From Polyangia bacterium (GTDB lineage: Bacteria > Myxococcota_A > Polyangia > Fen-1088), in contig DATJWP010000136.1 in NCBI GenBank assembly GCA_035578045.1, positions 3,975 to 67,974 on the forward strand: 64,000 nt of DNA. The letters are read 5' to 3'. Positions 63,032 to 64,000 of this stretch are shown here, piece by piece. The translations under genes and the position numbers were made by a program. Position 1 is the stretch's first letter; every line of letters starts with the position of its first letter. The notes beneath the pieces are model-generated. The model did not search any database, was not told the DNA's origin, and saw nothing but the letters and a program-made list of their open reading frames with translations.

Positions 63032-64000
63032 GAGCCGGCTTCTCCCGACCCGATCAGCAGCCGCTCCTGCAAGGTCGCGTCGATCTCACCCAGGAAGGCG
63101 CGAAAGCGCGCGTACTCGTCGGGCGCGATCCGCGCGCGCTCGACGTCCAGGAACGAGCGCACCCGCACCAGCCCGCCGTCGACCCGCACGTCCAGATGAA
63201 AGCGGCCGAACGCGCTCTCGACGTCGCGCGCCGCGCCGTCGGCCAACCCGCCGCCCAGCAGCCTCCAGCCGGCGGGCAGCTTGTAGGTCAGCTCCTCGTC
63301 ATGCTGCCAGGGGTAAGCCAGCACCAGGTCGTCGCGCCGCTCCGACAGCCGGGCGTAGGTGCGGACGAAATCGGCGTCGCGCCCGCTCACCGGCAGCTCG
63401 ACCGAACGCCCGCCGCGCAGCTGCCCGAATCTGGGGACCATGACCGTCGACCGGACGGTGACCGGCTGCTCGCGATCGTCGATGCCGGGCATGTCGACCG
63501 ACGTGAGCCGGGCGCCCGGGAAACGACCGCTCCAGACGCGCCCGTAGCGGTCGGCGCGCTCGCCCGCCGACTGGTAGTGCTCGCGCCAGTTCGCCGCCGC
63601 CTGACCGCGGATCGAGAGCGTCTCCGTCACGCGGGCGTCGCCGCTGGTGTCCAGGCCCAGCTCCCAGCGGCGCTCCACCCGGCTGGTGGACGCGGGAAGG
63701 AGCGGCGTCTCGGCCAGCGTGCCCGCGGCGGCGTCCCCCGGCGGTCCGACCCGCAGGACCATGACCCCCTGGTCCTCGGAAGGCAGCTCGGAAATGCCCG
63801 AGAACTCGGCGGTGCCGTCCAGATACAGGTCCAGCGACGGGACGTAAACGATCGCGTGATCGAAGATGGCCAGCGAGGCCGGCGACGGATCCAGGCGGCC
63901 GCCCCGCCGGGTGCGGACCAGCGTCAGCTCCGCCGGCACCCCCACCTCGCGCAGCAGCGACAGCATCAACGACGCCTTGTCCTTGCAGTCGCCGAAGCGG
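63028..64000 (-). CDS. Transglutaminase-like protein with intact Cys/His core, C-terminal part (gene continues beyond window end)
   Basis: My own translation up to the window edge gives RFGDCKDKASLMLSLLREVGVPAELTLVRT...IFDHAIVYV, with the catalytic Cys and His in transglutaminase-like context. A DUF3858-like C-terminal region follows. It has a 4-nt overlap with the next gene. The track start at 63969 is an internal codon. Confidence 0.8.
   Translation of the reverse strand, partial: RFGDCKDKASLMLSLLREVGVPAELTLVRTRRGGRLDPSPASLAIFDHAIVYVPSLDLYLDGTAEFSGISELPSEDQGVMVLRVGPPGDAAAGTLAETPLLPASTSRVERRWELGLDTSGDARVTETLSIRGQAAANWREHYQSAGERADRYGRVWSGRFPGARLTSVDMPGIDDREQPVTVRSTVMVPRFGQLRGGRSVELPVSGRDADFVRTYARLSERRDDLVLAYPWQHDEELTYKLPAGWRLLGGGLADGAARDVESAFGRFHLDVRVDGGLVRVRSFLDVERARIAPDEYARFRAFLGEIDATLQERLLIGSGEAGS

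Noticed and set aside
59618-63199. 1193-aa plus-strand ORF and other long ORFs antisense to 59177..63031 (also 55165..57639, 57621..59285, 45385..47889, 28183..30894, 21770..24040)
   Set aside because: All are antisense or alternative-frame readings of genes with strong family motifs on the other strand. Their products are dominated by R, G, P, A and Q runs typical of GC-rich non-coding frames.

Overview
This is a very GC-rich chromosomal window that reads as Myxococcota. The lineage cues are two MYXO-CTERM-tailed metalloproteases, a GltJ/AgmX-type ZnR-GYF protein, eukaryotic-like kinases and a sigma-54 activator. I call 51 protein genes that tile almost the whole window. Many long ORFs in the supplied track are antisense or out-of-frame shadows typical of high-GC DNA. 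Two real genes cut by the window edges are absent or truncated in the track: smc at 1..1690 and a transglutaminase-like gene at 63028..64000. I saw no rRNA, tRNA, CRISPR array, transposase, integrase or phage genes. Housekeeping content includes smc, ftsY, lipB, ddl, ppk1, rpmB and gpsA. A respiratory and copper island at about 35.9-52 kb holds coxB-coxA-coxC-cytochrome c, a second subunit III/IV pair, SCO1, a cupredoxin and a CtaA-CtaB fusion. The remainder is several signalling and envelope modules. The items most worth a second look are: (1) a ten-gene, translationally coupled operon that joins a complete TonB import machine (receptor with an extra TonB-C-like domain, two unknown lipoproteins, ExbB/ExbD/TonB) to oxidase subunits III/IV; (2) a ~70-nt hairpin-rich repeat present once between ddl and ppk1 and once inserted in frame inside a 1284-aa gene; (3) a 1650-aa kinase-NTPase-TPR-GAF-sigma-54 activator fusion, followed by a good -24/-12 promoter match; (4) an orphan solute-binding protein coupled by ATGA overlap to a sensor kinase and a receiver-GGDEF protein, downstream of an active/degenerate transglutaminase-like pair. 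All functional calls rest on motif recognition by eye. No database search or computation was run.
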